IMG/VR virus record: IMGVR_UViG_3300037789_000038
Location: 1 to 38,018 of that record
Length of the DNA: 38,018 nucleotides
Source: a virus
Strand: one strand, 5' to 3'
Made by a program: the position numbers and the translations under genes
Shown: positions 1 to 8,827 of the stretch, piece by piece
Layout of the letters: the number at the start of each line of letters is the position of its first letter
Position numbering within the stretch: position 1 is the stretch's first letter
Notes under the pieces: model-generated
Told to the model about the DNA's origin: nothing
The model's database searches: none
Seen by the model: only the letters and a program-made list of their open reading frames with translations

Positions 1-127
1 GGCCGGTCGGCCGCCCCGCTGAGCCAAGGAGCCATAGGCGATCATTGTAAAACTCTGCGTCATTGGCGTACCCGCGAGCATCCGAAAACACCGCTTCGTC
101 CCAATCGGTTGTCGCAGCCGTTGTGAT
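1..127. repeat. 127-bp terminal overlap identical to 37892..38018 (circular contig closure)
   Basis: Direct comparison: ggccggtcggccgccccgctgagccaagg...gtcgcagccgttgtgat is present at both window ends. An ORF reads through the junction in frame. Confidence 0.95.
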
Positions 128-805
128 CGTGGCACGGCAAGTGCCGGTTGCGCTGGTTGCGCTCGCGACCGCCGTAATCTCGATTTCAACCTCATCCTTA
201 CGCACAATGAAGCCGATATGATCCGAAGTGAAAGCGCCCGCGCCAGATAGCGTGAGCGTGACCGAACCAGTTGTCCCGCTTGCCGCCAACGTCATATCAG
301 TTGCCGCAAATTTATAATACGGCTGATACATGACCGTGCCGCCTGAGTTTTCCTCAAAAGCAAAGTCTGCACGGGTAAAAGACGTGGCCCCCGTGCGGGT
401 AATCACCTGCATCGGAATATCCGGGTGGCACAAAATCATCGTGTCGCCAAACTGCGTCCAAGATAATTCATCCAGCATCGCCGTTGTCCACGGGCAGCTT
501 GTCAGCGAAGCCGCCAGCGTCCACGTCTGTAGTTCGTAAATATCCGCCCGGGTGTTGGAAAACGCGATCACATATCGCTGAGCGTCATTGAAGATGAAGT
601 CTGCAAGGACTGACGGATTGTAGCCAAGGGTGGCCTTATAAACGAGCCCCGGCCGCGTGCGCGCCCCGCCCTGGATCAATGGCGCAAAGTTCTCTAGTTG
701 CTGCGCTCCATTGCGAAAAGCCGCCATGTCATAGCGGCCTTTCATTTCCGGGGCCAACTCGCCTCGCGTGAAGTTGGTTTGGGCTTGGCGGATAACGATA
801 CCCAT
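1..805 (-). CDS. tail tubular protein B-like (nozzle), N-terminal part; continues across the junction into 36756..37891
   Basis: Minus-strand ATG at 805, directly after the stop of 806..1384, stays open to position 1. The frame is continuous with ORF 36756..37982 through the overlap, giving one 646-aa protein. The N-terminus MGIVIRQAQTNFTRGELAPEMKGRYDMAAFRNG...GGARTRPG resembles podovirus tubular B proteins. Confidence 0.7.
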   Translation of the reverse strand, partial: MGIVIRQAQTNFTRGELAPEMKGRYDMAAFRNGAQQLENFAPLIQGGARTRPGLVYKATLGYNPSVLADFIFNDAQRYVIAFSNTRADIYELQTWTLAASLTSCPWTTAMLDELSWTQFGDTMILCHPDIPMQVITRTGATSFTRADFAFEENSGGTVMYQPYYKFAATDMTLAASGTTGSVTLTLSGAGAFTSDHIGFIVRKDEVEIEITAVASATSATGTCRATITTAATTDWDEAVFSDARGYANDAEFYNDRLWLLGSAGRPTG

Positions 806-1384
806 TTACGCCCCCACGGCCCGCCGGCGAACAAGATTGGATTGCTTGAGCTTCTTCGTCGTCTGTTGCTGGCTGTCGATTGACCGCGCCTTTGGCAGCG
901 TCATTGTCTCGACGCGCTCATTAATTTGTTCCGATAGTTTGGTATCGCGCCGCACGGCAGCAGCGAACACCGACTGCATACGCTCAACAATCACGCGCTG
1001 GAAATATGCCGGCCAAAGGCTTTCTGTCGGCCGGTAGGTATAATCGACCACAACGCCTTCTGAGACGTTGCAGGCAATTCGGTCCTCGTATCGATCAAAC
1101 TCAATTGTGCGCCCGCCGACCTTGACAGCCTGCAGTACGACCATATCAGACGGGATTTGGTAGAAATAATCCCATTCATCAGCGGGCGTCGTTACTAGCT
1201 TGCTGAGCGTTGCCTGTTTTGTCGCAAATCGCCAGCGATAGGCCGCCAACTCATCGCGCACCAAGTCCTCATATTCCTGCCCCGCAACAATACTTTCCGT
1301 TGTCCCGTCATTGAATGACGTGATTTCCTTGGCGCCAACGCGCACCGAAGCCCGGGAACAGATTTCAAACTTGGAAGTAGCCAT
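806..1384 (-). CDS. tail tubular protein A-like (adaptor/gatekeeper)
   Basis: 192 aa, immediately upstream of the tubular B-like gene. Size and layout match T7 gp11-type proteins. It is preceded by late motif copy 1. Confidence 0.55.
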   Translation of the reverse strand: MATSKFEICSRASVRVGAKEITSFNDGTTESIVAGQEYEDLVRDELAAYRWRFATKQATLSKLVTTPADEWDYFYQIPSDMVVLQAVKVGGRTIEFDRYEDRIACNVSEGVVVDYTYRPTESLWPAYFQRVIVERMQSVFAAAVRRDTKLSEQINERVETMTLPKARSIDSQQQTTKKLKQSNLVRRRAVGA

Positions 1385-1439
1385 GACCGCCTCGCAAATG
1401 TCTCTTTGAGGCGGGAGAATGAAGGGTTATTGAAAAAGC

Positions 1440-1451
1440 CTCACTGGACAG
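1440..1451 (-). promoter_or_regulatory. late-operon 12-mer CTGTCCAGTGAG, copy 1
   Basis: Exact 12-mer on the minus strand, 56 nt upstream of the ATG at 1384, followed by GCTTTTTCAATAA. Confidence 0.6.
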
Positions 1452-1704
1452 GCGGGGGATTTTCCGGCTCCAACAACACAGAACGACCTTGGCGCGTAAC
1501 AACAAGCGTGAAGCCCTGCACCTTTAATCGGCCCGTGCTGAGCACATGAATACGATCACCAAGCCGCAACCGACCAGCGACCATCGACCAATACCCGCTT
1601 TCTAGTAAATCTTCTGCCTTATGCTTTGTGCGATATGACCAGATCGAAATGCCCTGGCCGATTACCTCTTTGTGCAGGTTTTTGACTTCAACGCTCACGT
1701 CCAA
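1441..1704 (-). CDS. hypothetical virion-module protein (87 aa)
   Basis: ORF in the late operon with a 10-nt overlap with the upstream gene. No motif recognised. Confidence 0.55.
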   Translation of the reverse strand: MDVSVEVKNLHKEVIGQGISIWSYRTKHKAEDLLESGYWSMVAGRLRLGDRIHVLSTGRLKVQGFTLVVTRQGRSVLLEPENPPPVQ

Positions 1705-2375
1705 TTATCCCTCGCAAACTTGAGTGCGTCGATAAAGCCCTGGCCTTCGGCCCGCTTAATCTGTTGCGCCTGCAGGCGCGTATCGGCCTCACTAAGCCGC
1801 TTCGTGCATTCGCCAATATGATGATTGAGCCACCGGCGCATCGGATCGTTGCCACGAAACGGATATGCCTTTTTCGGGCTCGCAAGCGGACAACCAACCG
1901 GCATGTCAACTTCAATGCCGAATAGCTTTGCCACTTCGATGAAGTGCATCATCCCGGGCCGCTGATCCTCATATTCCGTGGCGCTCTCCATGTCGACGCC
2001 CCATAGGCCGATCTTTTGCGGCCCGGCCTCGATAGCATGGGCCATCAGCCAGTTTGGCGTGCCCTGCAGAAATTCCGTGGAATGTTTAGCTTCAATCAAG
2101 CTGCGGTCAAAAACCTGCGCTTCTGGAAGCCCATCAAAAGGCTCGAACAAAAACACCTTATCGCCAAACTCTTTGAGCCGGGAGATATCGTCAGCCGTGT
2201 AATAGGTGTTGAGCGTTTCGTTGCCGTGTATTTCGAAAAACTTGTCGCATCGGGGAATATGAATAGAGCCGCGACACATGGCCCATATTTCGGCGCTTGG
2301 GTCCGAAAAAGGGGCAAGGTGACGAGAAGATGGTGAAGTGCCGACGATATGAATTGACTTCGTTTTCGCTGACAT
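1695..2375 (-). CDS. hypothetical protein with Rossmann-like N-terminus (possible DUF115/sialyltransferase-like fold)
   Basis: 226 aa between the head and tail genes. Motifs IHIVGTSPS near the N-terminus and WLMAHAIEAGPQKIGLWGVDME later. The similarity is weak and judged by eye only. Confidence 0.6.
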   Translation of the reverse strand: MSAKTKSIHIVGTSPSSRHLAPFSDPSAEIWAMCRGSIHIPRCDKFFEIHGNETLNTYYTADDISRLKEFGDKVFLFEPFDGLPEAQVFDRSLIEAKHSTEFLQGTPNWLMAHAIEAGPQKIGLWGVDMESATEYEDQRPGMMHFIEVAKLFGIEVDMPVGCPLASPKKAYPFRGNDPMRRWLNHHIGECTKRLSEADTRLQAQQIKRAEGQGFIDALKFARDNWT

Positions 2376-2421
2376 TCTTCTCTCGCACCTTGCCCCACTC
2401 TCGCTTGGGCGGGAAGGAACC

Positions 2422-2703
2422 TTAAGCCGTCGAAATCGTCATCGGCGTAACGGTAACGTCCGTGCCGCCAACTCCGACAATGTACTGCTTGCCTTCCGGC
2501 GTGCCGTCAACATCGAGCGAAGCGAAAATCAAATCGCCCGTGTTCAACGGATCGCCGGCCGCGCCATCAAAGTACCCATCGGCCTCAACAGCCGTATCGG
2601 TATCATTGGTGGCGTAGTGATAGATTGCCTTAACGGAACCGTCGCCAGTGCCGATAGCGCCGCCTGCGGCAATCATTTTCAGTCCTGCATCATCGTATGC
2701 CAT
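2422..2703 (-). CDS. small Gly/Asp/Thr-rich protein, possible capsid decoration/cement protein
   Basis: 93 aa, directly downstream of the major capsid gene. The call rests on position only. Confidence 0.45.
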   Translation of the reverse strand: MAYDDAGLKMIAAGGAIGTGDGSVKAIYHYATNDTDTAVEADGYFDGAAGDPLNTGDLIFASLDVDGTPEGKQYIVGVGGTDVTVTPMTISTA

Positions 2704-2717
2704 GATTGTGGTCCTCC

Positions 2718-3551
2718 TTAACCGTCTTCATCCACAAGGAACTGCTGCACGCCTTCGGTGTCGATCAACACCGAGCCTTGCGACATGGCGTTGTTGACGA
2801 AGTGCGCGTGGTAGTCGCCCTGCCAAGTGATATCGGTTTCGACTTCGGCGCCGACTGCGTGACCAATCGCCGTGCGATGGTACACAAAGTTGGTGCTGAC
2901 CGTGGAGGACACCGTAAGCCCCGAGTGCGGCATCCAGATAACGTCCATCCACATTTTTGCCTGCATGGCGCCGGAACGGAACGGCAGGTTTTCCCCGATG
3001 TAATCGGAACTCGCGAACTGCTGGAAGCTGAGCATTTTGTCCCACACTTCCCAGGTCACGATACCAAATACTTCGCCGGGTTCAATCGGCACATCGCGAG
3101 AGCCAAGCGTCGTGACAATGCCCGAGAAGCTTGCCGCCGTGAGGGTCGACTTATCGGCTTCCGCCGTCTGATACGTGGTCGCACCGTTTGCCGCCGTGAT
3201 GATAAGATCGTCCGTCTGTCGGCCGAGCGCATAAGCGCCCGCGTTGACCTGAACGCGCCGCTCATCGTGGTTGATTTTCAACTCATCGAACTTGTCGACG
3301 TAATCGCCGGCAAAGTAGTCGGTGAGCGTGCATTCAACCGGCGTATGGTCGACGTTCATCAGCGGCACTTTGCCGTGACGGGTCTTGGTCGAAGCCGTGC
3401 CCTTGCCAACTTTCTGGAACGTGGTGCTTTGACCGCGCACGTTGTTTTTGACGCGAACGGTATTGCGAAGTTTGGAGCCCTTGCGCTGGTACGCTTCGTG
3501 AACTTCACTCTCGTACTGCTTTACAAAGGCGTCATCGATATCCATCGACAT
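2718..3551 (-). CDS. major capsid protein
   Basis: 277 aa following the scaffold gene, with RBS AAAGGAG before the ATG. The sequence FVKQYESEVHEAYQRKGSKLRNTVR...RHGKVPLMNVDHTPVECTLTDYFAGDYVDKFDELK matches a remembered phage capsid family. Confidence 0.8.
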   Translation of the reverse strand: MSMDIDDAFVKQYESEVHEAYQRKGSKLRNTVRVKNNVRGQSTTFQKVGKGTASTKTRHGKVPLMNVDHTPVECTLTDYFAGDYVDKFDELKINHDERRVQVNAGAYALGRQTDDLIITAANGATTYQTAEADKSTLTAASFSGIVTTLGSRDVPIEPGEVFGIVTWEVWDKMLSFQQFASSDYIGENLPFRSGAMQAKMWMDVIWMPHSGLTVSSTVSTNFVYHRTAIGHAVGAEVETDITWQGDYHAHFVNNAMSQGSVLIDTEGVQQFLVDEDG

Positions 3552-3750
3552 GATGGTTCTCCTTTTGACTGTGATTTACCTTTGATTGCTGCAGTTGGGT
3601 GTCGTTCCCTTGGCCGGGGTGGGTGTCCTACTTGCCGCCGCCGCCGGGTATCCTTTCGGGCCGGGTTTGGTCTTGGCGTTTGGGCCAGCCGGTTACGGTT
3701 CGGGCCTCCTGAAACAAATCGGGAGGACCGTAGCCCCCCCGAAAAAAACC

Positions 3751-3762
3751 CTCACTGGACAG
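3751..3762 (-). promoter_or_regulatory. late-operon 12-mer CTGTCCAGTGAG, copy 2
   Basis: Exact 12-mer just after the scaffold stop, followed by GGTTTTTTTCGGGGGGG. It heads the 217-nt leader of the capsid gene. Confidence 0.6.
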
Positions 3763-3768
3763 AGAGTG

Positions 3769-4701
3769 TTATGCCGCGCTTGGATAAACGCGCCGGAAGA
3801 TTTCTTGGACGCGGGCCTGTTTATCGTTGTTTTGCCAATAATCGTCGGAAGCCTGCAATTCCTTGGCCTCGGCCAACAATTCTTGGTTGTCCTTGCCCTG
3901 GATTGCGTGCAATTCCGGCGAAAATTTAGGCTCACCGGCGGCCGTCAAGATGGCCTCGATTGCCTCAACGCCCTGCGGCGATGGATTGGCGTTATCCGGC
4001 CAGATCAGCTTGGCATTATCCGCCCCAATCAAACCTTCCAGGCGCGACCGCGCAAAATCGAAGCGGTCTTTGCCATTCTCCCCGAGAGCCTTGTACGTTT
4101 CCGCCCTGGCCGCTTCCAGCGCTTCCGGCCCCGGCGTCATCGCCAATTCGGCTTCGGCATACGCCAGCACACCATCCATGAATTGTTCTTGGGAAAGCCC
4201 ATTGTCGAAAGCCGTATTCTTCCACCAGCCCAATAGCGGGTGCGTCTCATCAAACACGAAATACGACTTCCCTTCCTCGGGCTGGAAGTCATCGCCGGGC
4301 TTTTCCGACAACAGCACAATGCCGGTTTTTTCCGCCCGCTCGACCAGATTACCTTCCTCGGGCAACCCCACGGCGTAATCATCGACCTTGGCCGGTCGCT
4401 CTTTGAAGATTTCGGCCTTTACCGTGCCCTCGATTTCCGGGCGCAGCTTTTCCGTCAGTTCTTTGGTGATATCCGCTTCGATTTCCGAGCGAAGGCCGTC
4501 TTTGCCTTTTGAGAACCGCGCCCCCAGGTCCGTATGGGCCTTGGCCAAGTCCTCGACTTTAACTTCGCCTTTCTCGGCGTCCCAAAAATTCTCGGGAACA
4601 TATTCCGGGCGCGTTACCGCATCGCCGCCTTTGTCGCCATCACTTTGGCTTTCCGGGGCCGGCGCCCCCTCGTTCGATGTTTGGCCTTCCGCTTCTGCCA
4701 T
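3769..4701 (-). CDS. scaffolding protein
   Basis: About 310 aa, acidic and helical, located between the portal and capsid genes. The ATG at 4701 has AAGGAG 8 nt upstream; the track start at 4707 is a TTG. Confidence 0.65.
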   Translation of the reverse strand: MAEAEGQTSNEGAPAPESQSDGDKGGDAVTRPEYVPENFWDAEKGEVKVEDLAKAHTDLGARFSKGKDGLRSEIEADITKELTEKLRPEIEGTVKAEIFKERPAKVDDYAVGLPEEGNLVERAEKTGIVLLSEKPGDDFQPEEGKSYFVFDETHPLLGWWKNTAFDNGLSQEQFMDGVLAYAEAELAMTPGPEALEAARAETYKALGENGKDRFDFARSRLEGLIGADNAKLIWPDNANPSPQGVEAIEAILTAAGEPKFSPELHAIQGKDNQELLAEAKELQASDDYWQNNDKQARVQEIFRRVYPSAA

Positions 4702-4957
4702 TTTCAATTCTCCTTTGGATTACAGCGACAATGAAGCGTTGCCCCTCAAGATGACGAAGTTCGGTATCTGTCGTGTGCGGTCCCGTGACGGCGTTGATTG
4801 TCACGTTCTTTAGGTAGTTCAGGAATTTCTGGCCGGCTTTCGTTTTGAACGTGGCGGCCGCGAGGTCATTCAACTCAAATTCGCGCTCGGCAGAGCGCGT
4901 CACGCCATCTTCGCCCGGAACCAATTGCTCCGGTCGATACGTCTTTTCTTCGCTCAT
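4640..4957 (-). CDS. Bbp19-like small head-module protein
   Basis: 105 aa, with an ATGA-type overlap with the portal stop. The segment ELRHLEGQRFIVAVIQRRI resembles the Bbp19 domain of BPP-1-type phages. It overlaps the scaffold start by 62 nt. Confidence 0.5.
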   Translation of the reverse strand: MSEEKTYRPEQLVPGEDGVTRSAEREFELNDLAAATFKTKAGQKFLNYLKNVTINAVTGPHTTDTELRHLEGQRFIVAVIQRRIENGRSGRPNIERGGAGPGKPK

Positions 4958-6522
4958 GCTTGCTCCTGCGCGGCGGCAGTGGCGGCAGCGATGGCCTTCG
5001 CCAATTCCTCACGTTCAACCTGATTGCGCACAATGTTCGGATCAATGCCCATCTTGGCCGCCAGCCAATCAGCATATTGCTCTTGCTTAACCACAAGGCC
5101 GGCCGCCTGCGGGCCGATCCGCATATTCAGCATTTCCATGTAGCGGTCATGGCGCAAAATCTCGTCTTGTGCCTGCGCCCGCGTCAGGGGAGAGAGGGGC
5201 CGAAGCACAATTTTGCGGCCATCGATGGCCGGCAGCTTAATCCTCCCCTGTTTCTGCTTGATATACGCCACGCGCCGGATCGTCTGCCCAAGCAAATTCA
5301 CCAGCAATCGAGTGTATGGGCCCGCCCGGCGCCGGGCGCGATTAGAAGTCCGCTGCAGAACTTCCGTCGCACTCATCGGCGTGCCCTCGGGCGGGCCCAA
5401 ATCATCGACGCCCATCGCGTCTTTGATCGATACCGTGAGGTTGTTCACCATATACTCGCCAATGTTAAAATCAACGGCGGTATCAATACGCTGCAGCCCG
5501 TTTGAATTAGGCGCCTTCGGGATAATCGTGCGCGGTTCAATCGAAACCGTGTCCGGGTTTAGCACACCGTCATCATCGGCCTGCCAAATGCCGCCAAGCG
5601 CCAGATCGCCGCTTTCCAGCATGTATTCTTTGATGAGGTTGATCGTCTTGATATCCGGTAGCGCCACCATCACAGGGCCGCGCCCAAGCACTTCGCCGGC
5701 TACACGCATGTAAGAAAAGTCTACGAAAGGCTTGGAGCCCGCGCCCGAAATAGACCGCTCAAGCACCATATCCTTTGACTTGCCATACTCAACGGCAACA
5801 CACCACTTCCAAGTCTCAGCGCCCTTGTTTGTCCAATCGCGCTCATACGCTTCGATAAAGACAATCTCTTTCTCCGGCGTCTCTTTAGCCGCCTTTTCCA
5901 GATCGGTATTAAATTTGCCGCCCTTGTAGACCATTTTCATGTCGCCGGCCTTCACCTTGCGCGGGCGAAACAGCGCATCGTATTTGTCGTAAGGGCCGGT
6001 ATCCGGGTACGCCTCCGTCAAGGGCAGCGAGCGAAAACCCAAAGGCTCCACCGCATCCCCATCCTCGGGCAGCAAAAACCCGGTCGCGATGCCCCAATCC
6101 ATCAAACTTTCATGGGCCGCACTGCGGAAATTGGAATTGTTGATCGCGTCCGTTAATTCTTCGGTGACTTCCGCCAGCGCCCGGTTGACGGCGCTATGTT
6201 GTTCAATAGGGATTTCGCGGCCGGCGGCCAATTCAAAAGGCTTGCTATCAGTCGGCCAAATATCGTCCAACATTTGCGAAGCCATATCCTGCAGCGCATT
6301 CGGCGCAGTGCCGTCAAACAGGCGGTCCAAATCGGGCAGGCTTTCCCCGGTCGAATACACACGCTCACGCAAAGGCAGCGCAAACTCGTAACACTCATCG
6401 ATGATCGTGTTGAATTTATCGCGCCGGCCTTTCGCCCGGGCAAAACGCTTGAAAAAAGCCGCAACCTTTTCATCGCTCGCCTTGCTCGTATCAGGCCCGA
6501 TATTCGTGTTAGGGGTTTCCAA
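4954..6522 (-). CDS. portal (head-tail connector) protein
   Basis: 522 aa. Position and size match T7-type connector proteins. Confidence 0.8.
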   Translation of the reverse strand: METPNTNIGPDTSKASDEKVAAFFKRFARAKGRRDKFNTIIDECYEFALPLRERVYSTGESLPDLDRLFDGTAPNALQDMASQMLDDIWPTDSKPFELAAGREIPIEQHSAVNRALAEVTEELTDAINNSNFRSAAHESLMDWGIATGFLLPEDGDAVEPLGFRSLPLTEAYPDTGPYDKYDALFRPRKVKAGDMKMVYKGGKFNTDLEKAAKETPEKEIVFIEAYERDWTNKGAETWKWCVAVEYGKSKDMVLERSISGAGSKPFVDFSYMRVAGEVLGRGPVMVALPDIKTINLIKEYMLESGDLALGGIWQADDDGVLNPDTVSIEPRTIIPKAPNSNGLQRIDTAVDFNIGEYMVNNLTVSIKDAMGVDDLGPPEGTPMSATEVLQRTSNRARRRAGPYTRLLVNLLGQTIRRVAYIKQKQGRIKLPAIDGRKIVLRPLSPLTRAQAQDEILRHDRYMEMLNMRIGPQAAGLVVKQEQYADWLAAKMGIDPNIVRNQVEREELAKAIAAATAAAQEQA

Positions 6523-6528
6523 GACGGA

Positions 6529-6738
6529 TTACCCGAGCGTCATCGGGAAGCCCAATTCGCCCCCCTCATTGGAAAACAACGCACGGCGCCCACGCAAGCC
6601 CCGCCTCAGTGCGCTTTCTTCCTCTCTCTTTTTCCGCTCAAGTTCTTCTTTCTCGCGTTGCGCTTCCGCTTCCGCTGCGGCCCGCGCTTCCGCTGCGGAA
6701 TTATCCTGTTTCGGCGGCCCGCTGAATAAACTGTCCAT
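6529..6738 (-). CDS. small coiled-coil protein (69 aa)
   Basis: Charged stretch AEARAAAEAEAQREKEELERKKREEE, located 6 nt upstream of the portal gene. RBS GGAGGT. Confidence 0.55.
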   Translation of the reverse strand: MDSLFSGPPKQDNSAAEARAAAEAEAQREKEELERKKREEESALRRGLRGRRALFSNEGGELGFPMTLG

Positions 6739-7138
6739 TGCTTACCTCCAAGGCTTCAAGCGAGAGCAATTTGCGATATAAACCGTATGGGCTCACTGGA
6801 CAGACACCCGGCAAACCCAAAAGCGCCGATATTGCAGTGACGCACGTAGCAAACAGACGCGGCCGGCACGGCGCCCCCGTCATCTGCCGGGCCAGCACCA
6901 CCGTTGCCCGCCTTTTCGCCACCGCCGCCATGTATGCGCTAAATTCAGCCGCCGTATAGGCCCGGATCAGGCCACATTCCACCTGCGGCGCAAACAATAT
7001 CCACCGGCCGGCCGCCTCATCCCAGGCAATAGCCTCCACATGCTGAAAACCAGGTCGACACAGCCGCACCCACCACGGCCGCGCCGCACTATCCATGAAA
7101 ATCACGTACCATGCCGGCAGCAACCCAGGCCGCATCAT
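6701..7138 (-). CDS. hypothetical protein (145 aa)
   Basis: ATGATGA overlap with the terL stop. Contains late motif copy 3 near its 3' end. Confidence 0.55.
   Translation of the reverse strand: MMRPGLLPAWYVIFMDSAARPWWVRLCRPGFQHVEAIAWDEAAGRWILFAPQVECGLIRAYTAAEFSAYMAAVAKRRATVVLARQMTGAPCRPRLFATCVTAISALLGLPGVCPVSPYGLYRKLLSLEALEVSNGQFIQRAAETG
6792..6803 (-). promoter_or_regulatory. late-operon 12-mer CTGTCCAGTGAG, copy 3
   Basis: Exact 12-mer 54 nt upstream of the ATG at 6738. It lies inside the 3' end of the preceding ORF. Confidence 0.55.
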
Positions 7139-8682
7139 CGAAGCGCCCGCCTGCTAAACACGTTTTTCCGCTGCCTCGACGCCCGGGGCTCCTTGTGCCG
7201 CTCAAACACGCTCGCCGGCCGCTGCGCCACACGCGCCTGCGGGCGCTCACGGTTCCCATGCAGCGCCATGCGGCCCTCACCAGCACCCAACACAAGGTAC
7301 TGCAGCGCATCGGCAGGGTGCGAATATCGGTTTTTATCCGGGCTCTCACCGTACCGCTCACCGCTCACCTTCATGCGCTTATACTGATACCCGCCGCTCA
7401 TCGCCGCCTTGAGTATCCGAGCCCGGGGCGACAACAAAAACCTCGGCCGCCCGTCCACGGCCTGCGACAATATCTCCTTCACCGCCTCAATTCGCACCAC
7501 CGGGTCATTGCTAGGCGCCTGCACCACGTCCAAGCCCTCTGCCCGAAACATCATAAACGGCGAGATATCGTCTGCTTCCGCCAAGTGCGCGCCCGCCGGG
7601 TCGCCCCACAGCGCAAACTTGTGTCCAGGGTATTCCTCCGACAAATGCCGCTTCAATATCCGCGCAAACCCACGGGCGCCCATGTCCTCTGCCAAAAATT
7701 CTTCCAGCACCCGCCACCGATCAAACACACGCTGCCCAATGATCGCCGCCGGCGTGCGGCCAAAATCCAGCCCAATCAATATCGGATGGCCCGGCGCCGC
7801 CTCCAACGGCTCCTTAGAGACATGCCAATCCTCCTTAAACTCAGGCCACACAGCACGCCCCGCCGTCAGCGTCCCAGGCTTCACCATAAACTCAACGCGC
7901 ACCCACTCCCGCGTCTTGCCCTTCGCACGATCCACGTAATAATTCGCCGGCAGATACTTCAAATTCTCCGCCTTCGGGTTCGTGTCGTACCCAACCAACT
8001 GCCCGTTATCGTCAACACGCTCAATAACCCCAGGCGGTTGCACGTGAAACGACCAGTTATCAGGCCGCGTCAAACTCAAACGCTCACTCTCACTCAAATT
8101 CTCAGGGAACGGCACCAAATCCGCCATGATCGATATAAAATGATCCTCCCCAGGCGCGTTCGTGTCCAACAACACCTGCGGTTCAAAACAACCACCCATA
8201 TCAACACGCGGATAGCGCCCAATCCGACCAATCCCCGCATCAATCAATTCACGCGGTATCTCACGAGCCTCGTTAAACCAAATGTCCGAAGGCTCAGCAC
8301 TCAACAACTTCTTAACATCGTCCGGGCTGTCCAAAGCCAGAAAAACAACCTCCCAATGCAAATCATCCGTAACAATCTCATGCACCATCGGCTTCGACCG
8401 CTTCAACGGACCAACCTTGTTCTCCTGCCACCAATCCAACCACGTCTTCACCGTAGTCCGGTTCAGATCATCATACGTGTTCCGAATAATATACTGACGA
8501 CGACGACGCACCCCATCCGGCCCAGGAGGCTGGCCCAAAGCCTTCATACCCAACTTGATACACGTCGCCGCAGACTTACCAGAACCCCAAGGACCAACTA
8601 TCCCGCTCAACATCGATGAACACTGCAAAAAATTCACCAACGTCTCACCGTCAGGCGCATACGTTATCTCAACGCTCATCAA
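7135..8682 (-). CDS. terL: terminase large subunit
   Basis: 515 aa with Walker A motif GPWGSGKS near the N-terminus, upstream of the portal gene. Confidence 0.9.
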   Translation of the reverse strand: MMSVEITYAPDGETLVNFLQCSSMLSGIVGPWGSGKSAATCIKLGMKALGQPPGPDGVRRRRQYIIRNTYDDLNRTTVKTWLDWWQENKVGPLKRSKPMVHEIVTDDLHWEVVFLALDSPDDVKKLLSAEPSDIWFNEAREIPRELIDAGIGRIGRYPRVDMGGCFEPQVLLDTNAPGEDHFISIMADLVPFPENLSESERLSLTRPDNWSFHVQPPGVIERVDDNGQLVGYDTNPKAENLKYLPANYYVDRAKGKTREWVRVEFMVKPGTLTAGRAVWPEFKEDWHVSKEPLEAAPGHPILIGLDFGRTPAAIIGQRVFDRWRVLEEFLAEDMGARGFARILKRHLSEEYPGHKFALWGDPAGAHLAEADDISPFMMFRAEGLDVVQAPSNDPVVRIEAVKEILSQAVDGRPRFLLSPRARILKAAMSGGYQYKRMKVSGERYGESPDKNRYSHPADALQYLVLGAGEGRMALHGNRERPQARVAQRPASVFERHKEPRASRQRKNVFSRRALR

Positions 8683-8775
8683 TCAATCCCCAAAACAATA
8701 AAAAAAATAGCAAATTGCGTTTCCAGAAATCGTGCGCGTGATACCCGTGGGGCGGCGGCAGCCCGCGTTTTTTTT

Positions 8776-8827
8776 GCCCCCCCTGCCCCCTCGGTCGCGG
8801 CGTCTACTCATCCCCCCTGCCCCCCTC
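8776..8827 (-). repeat. direct repeat of a G-run motif (GAGGGGGCAGGGGGG type on the minus strand)
   Basis: Plus strand reads C7-TG-C5-TC at 8777..8792 and C6-TG-C6-TC at 8812..8827. Flanked by a T8 run (8768..8775) and an A8 run (8700..8707). Confidence 0.8.

Noticed and set aside
1440-1451. Reading the late 12-mer on the plus strand as a sigma-54-type TGGCAC-like element, or as the loop of a conserved terminator hairpin
   Set aside because: No TTGC -12 element follows at the required spacing, and no plus-strand genes lie downstream. The flanking 3-4 nt stems are weak and do not covary among copies.
2706-4236. Plus-strand ORFs of 407 and 216 aa (2706..3929 and 3586..4236)
   Set aside because: They are antisense to the capsid and scaffold genes and are Arg/Gly/Pro-rich. 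They lack RBS context and conflict with well-supported minus-strand genes. The same reasoning applies to plus-strand ORFs at 30168..30812, 31518..32105, 32663..33316 and 33258..33758.
7111-8619. 502-aa plus-strand ORF, the longest on that strand in this region
   Set aside because: It is exactly antisense to the terminase large subunit. Its product is a low-complexity run of R, P, H, Q and L with no motifs. This is typical of spurious antisense ORFs in GC-rich DNA.
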